From: Botryllus schlosseri
Lineage: Eukaryota
Assembly: GCA_051294905.1 (NCBI GenBank)
Contig: CM119375.1
Coordinates: forward strand, 558,001-622,000
Length of the DNA: 64,000 nt
Direction of reading: 5' to 3'
Shown here in pieces: positions 61,628 to 64,000 of the stretch; the stretch's first letter is position 1; every line of letters begins with the position of its first letter. Under the pieces are notes generated by a model, which worked only from the letters and a program-made list of their open reading frames with translations, was not told the DNA's origin and did no database searches. The translations under genes were made by a program, and so were the position numbers.

Positions 61628-64000
61628 TCATTTTAATATGAATATGCTATTCAATTCGCATTCTAAATTGTGTAACGCTTGACCGATTTCAGACCATCGA
61701 CCAAGTTTCGCCTCAATTTAATCGTTAACACTACACCGCATGGCATTCAATACCACATGGGAATATAGACCAGTATACTAGCTACTCAGAAAACCCAGTG
61801 ACAAATCTCAACTGTAATCCAACATCTGTTTACACCTTTTTGAATTTTACATTGATAGACGTGACTGTTGCAGAGCTGAAATGAGCAGAAAATCGTCAAT
61901 TTTTCAAAATGACATAACTTTTGACCCCGGGATCAATTTTCCTCAAATAAACTTTATAGTGTTCGAAATTAACTCATCTATGCATGTGCCAAATTTCAGA
62001 AGATTTGGGAATGTGGTGGTTCCAACTTTTGTTGTCCTGGTTGGGAATGGCCCACTAGCGTCCGGGAGGAATTTCTAAAATATGCCAAATGTCCGGGATT
62101 TTGAAGATTTGACGACGTAGGCTCGTAATGTTTTCGTAAATCAACATAAAAACATATTTTTAGGAATATTTATGCTGCTGCATGATATTTTTCTTCGCGC
62201 TGCGCACGATTTACCATCACATTTTTTGATTTTAGTATGAAGACTACCACACCCTCGCAAAAACTGCAATAAAATATAAATAAAGACAACCTTCATTTAC
62301 TGGAATAAGCCTATAATTGTAATCGAAATTATAGGAGAACAGTATATTCCTAGAGATCGTTAAGGCCATTTAAATGCTTTATTCAAAGATAGTGGCTCCA
62401 AACGTGGGGGTCGTTTGCCTTTATTCTGGGGATCGCGAATATGTTGAACGTAATCAGCTTCCAATATAGCCCGTGAGTAAGTCCGGGCAAAGGTGCTGAC
62501 TTCTTTTAGCAATCAGCTCGTCAAATTTTGATCCGCGCCATTGAAAATTTTCAAATTGGAGATGGAGTTCCGACCATAAAAGGTTGGGAACCACTGGATG
62601 TGGGGTGTTTATAAAGCTCCGTGATGCGCACCGGCATAAGACTGATAAACGATCTTATCGGACTTAACGATGTACAATTACGCTCTCTGTATTTTCATCA
62701 TCATTCTCCACCAGGTCTACCGCTAATTCATGTTAACTATCTATCTATAGTAATATATGGAACAAGCGAACAACCAATATTATTGACAGAATTCATTCAA
62801 AAGAATTTAACGACGTGATGCATATAGAAACCAGATTCATAGGAAGTAGGGATGGTGTGAACCTCTGAAAGGTTCAGGTTCGTGTAAACGCGAGCCTTTT
62901 TGAAAGGTTCTGTGTGAACAAGAACGTGAACCTCGTGCCGTCATATTGCTAATTCCAACCCTATCTTCCAATGAAGTGATAGCCTATATCAGTGCTTCTC
63001 AACCTGTGTGACGGTTCGCATTTGTGCGAATGAAAAAAAAATGCAGTGCGAATGACGAGCATGGTGCGAACGGTGCGAATGAAAATCCCGGATGAGTGCG
63101 AATGAAAATCGTGAATAGTAATTGTTAATTTTTTTGACCTGGAATAATTCAAATAAACCTTAGGAAATTCAAGGGCAGCGTAACTTTTGTTGTTGCGACG
63201 CAATTGTAAAAACTAATTACTCAAACATTACCATGCGAGTAATTCCTAGATTTTGCAAACTATTTTCACACCATTTTGTTGAAAGTACGACATTCCGCCC
63301 GCAGTCTATACCGAAAGGGCGATTCCCGGCCGCACCCATAAGACACAATAGCCGCGTGCCACCACCGCCATAAGAATAACGTTATATCATTGTCGTACTC
63401 ACCGTAAACGTTGGGATTAACTCGAATCGGTCATATTTAATATTTGTAATATACACATTAACTAAGAATCAATCACGTGACTGTTTACAATTCCTGATAC
63501 CTAATCAACACAGCGCGAGAGATGCCTATACCCAAAAGTACGAATCACGACCCCGAGTTTTCAATGGTTTTTCGTTCTGTCACAACAAGTCTGTCGCTGT
63601 GTTCGAACCTACGCCTAAACGTTCTGTACCGGGCCTGTGACGTCACACGACTGATCTAGGGGGCTCCGACTCACTTGTCGTGACCAACACTGACTGACAC
63701 TGACCGTCCATCCCTAGTCAACAAAACTGGCAACCAGAACTTCTGAATTTTCAAAATGCGCAACTACAATTGAATATTCGGTGTTCGTCACACAATGTAC
63801 AACGCGTTAAGACACGATGCGATGAACAGATAGGAGGACACGGATCGATGGAAATATAACAAAAAACAGAGTGCGCGACGTCACAGTTCTTTTCGATGTT
63901 GATCTTTCTTAAGCCGCGGTCCTTTCTAGCTCTTTCCATTCCTTGTGAGTACTTCCATTTTTTCCGATTTTGCCCTGAGGAAGACAAGATAGCGCCGCTG

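Larger units (their letters stand above)
54283..62053. mobile_element. Long-TIR (foldback-like) non-coding element with arms of about 850 bp
   Basis: Left arm about 58586-59440 (first 4 nt at 54283-54286) is the reverse complement of 60030-60157, 61075-61401 and 61663-62053. Termini GGGCCATTCCCAACC; flanked by ACTA on both sides. Confidence 0.75.

Noticed and set aside
58480-62078. Paired ORFs at 58480-58719/61881-62078 and 58979-59161/61194-61400 as duplicated genes
   Set aside because: They are reading frames in the two non-coding arms of the foldback element and are not conserved in length.
62847-63716. Possible MITE with TAGGGATGG/CCATCCCTA ends and gtgcgaatga repeats
   Set aside because: The TIR match is only 9 bp and there is no TSD, so boundaries cannot be supported.

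Overview
AT-rich eukaryotic (invertebrate metazoan) DNA; the shortest introns are 57-62 nt and all called introns are GT-AG. A tunicate-like origin is plausible but is inference only. The centre holds three tightly packed + strand genes: an intronless 107-aa candidate mitochondrial membrane protein (12475-12798), SMG6/EST1A (16 exons, 13177-23193, PIN acidic residues intact) and SMARCA2/4-brahma (30 exons, 23794-43894). Each gene has an unpaired splice acceptor just before its ATG, so the trio may be a trans-spliced operon. A tRNA-Lys(CTT) gene lies at 45674-45746 (-). The rest is mobile-element debris: CR1/L2-group LINE 3' ends, hAT MITEs with 8-bp TSDs, a piggyBac-like MITE, a deleted Gypsy LTR element, a tRNA-derived SINE, a long-TIR foldback element, and a deep nest at 54.2-62.1 kb. 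The most interesting unannotated signal is a dispersed short-element family carrying a minimal type I hammerhead ribozyme motif. Two copies have intact cores, one in sense orientation inside a brahma intron and one for which the empty site is visible in a paralogous arm. Exon and element coordinates were derived by hand and may be off by a few bases.
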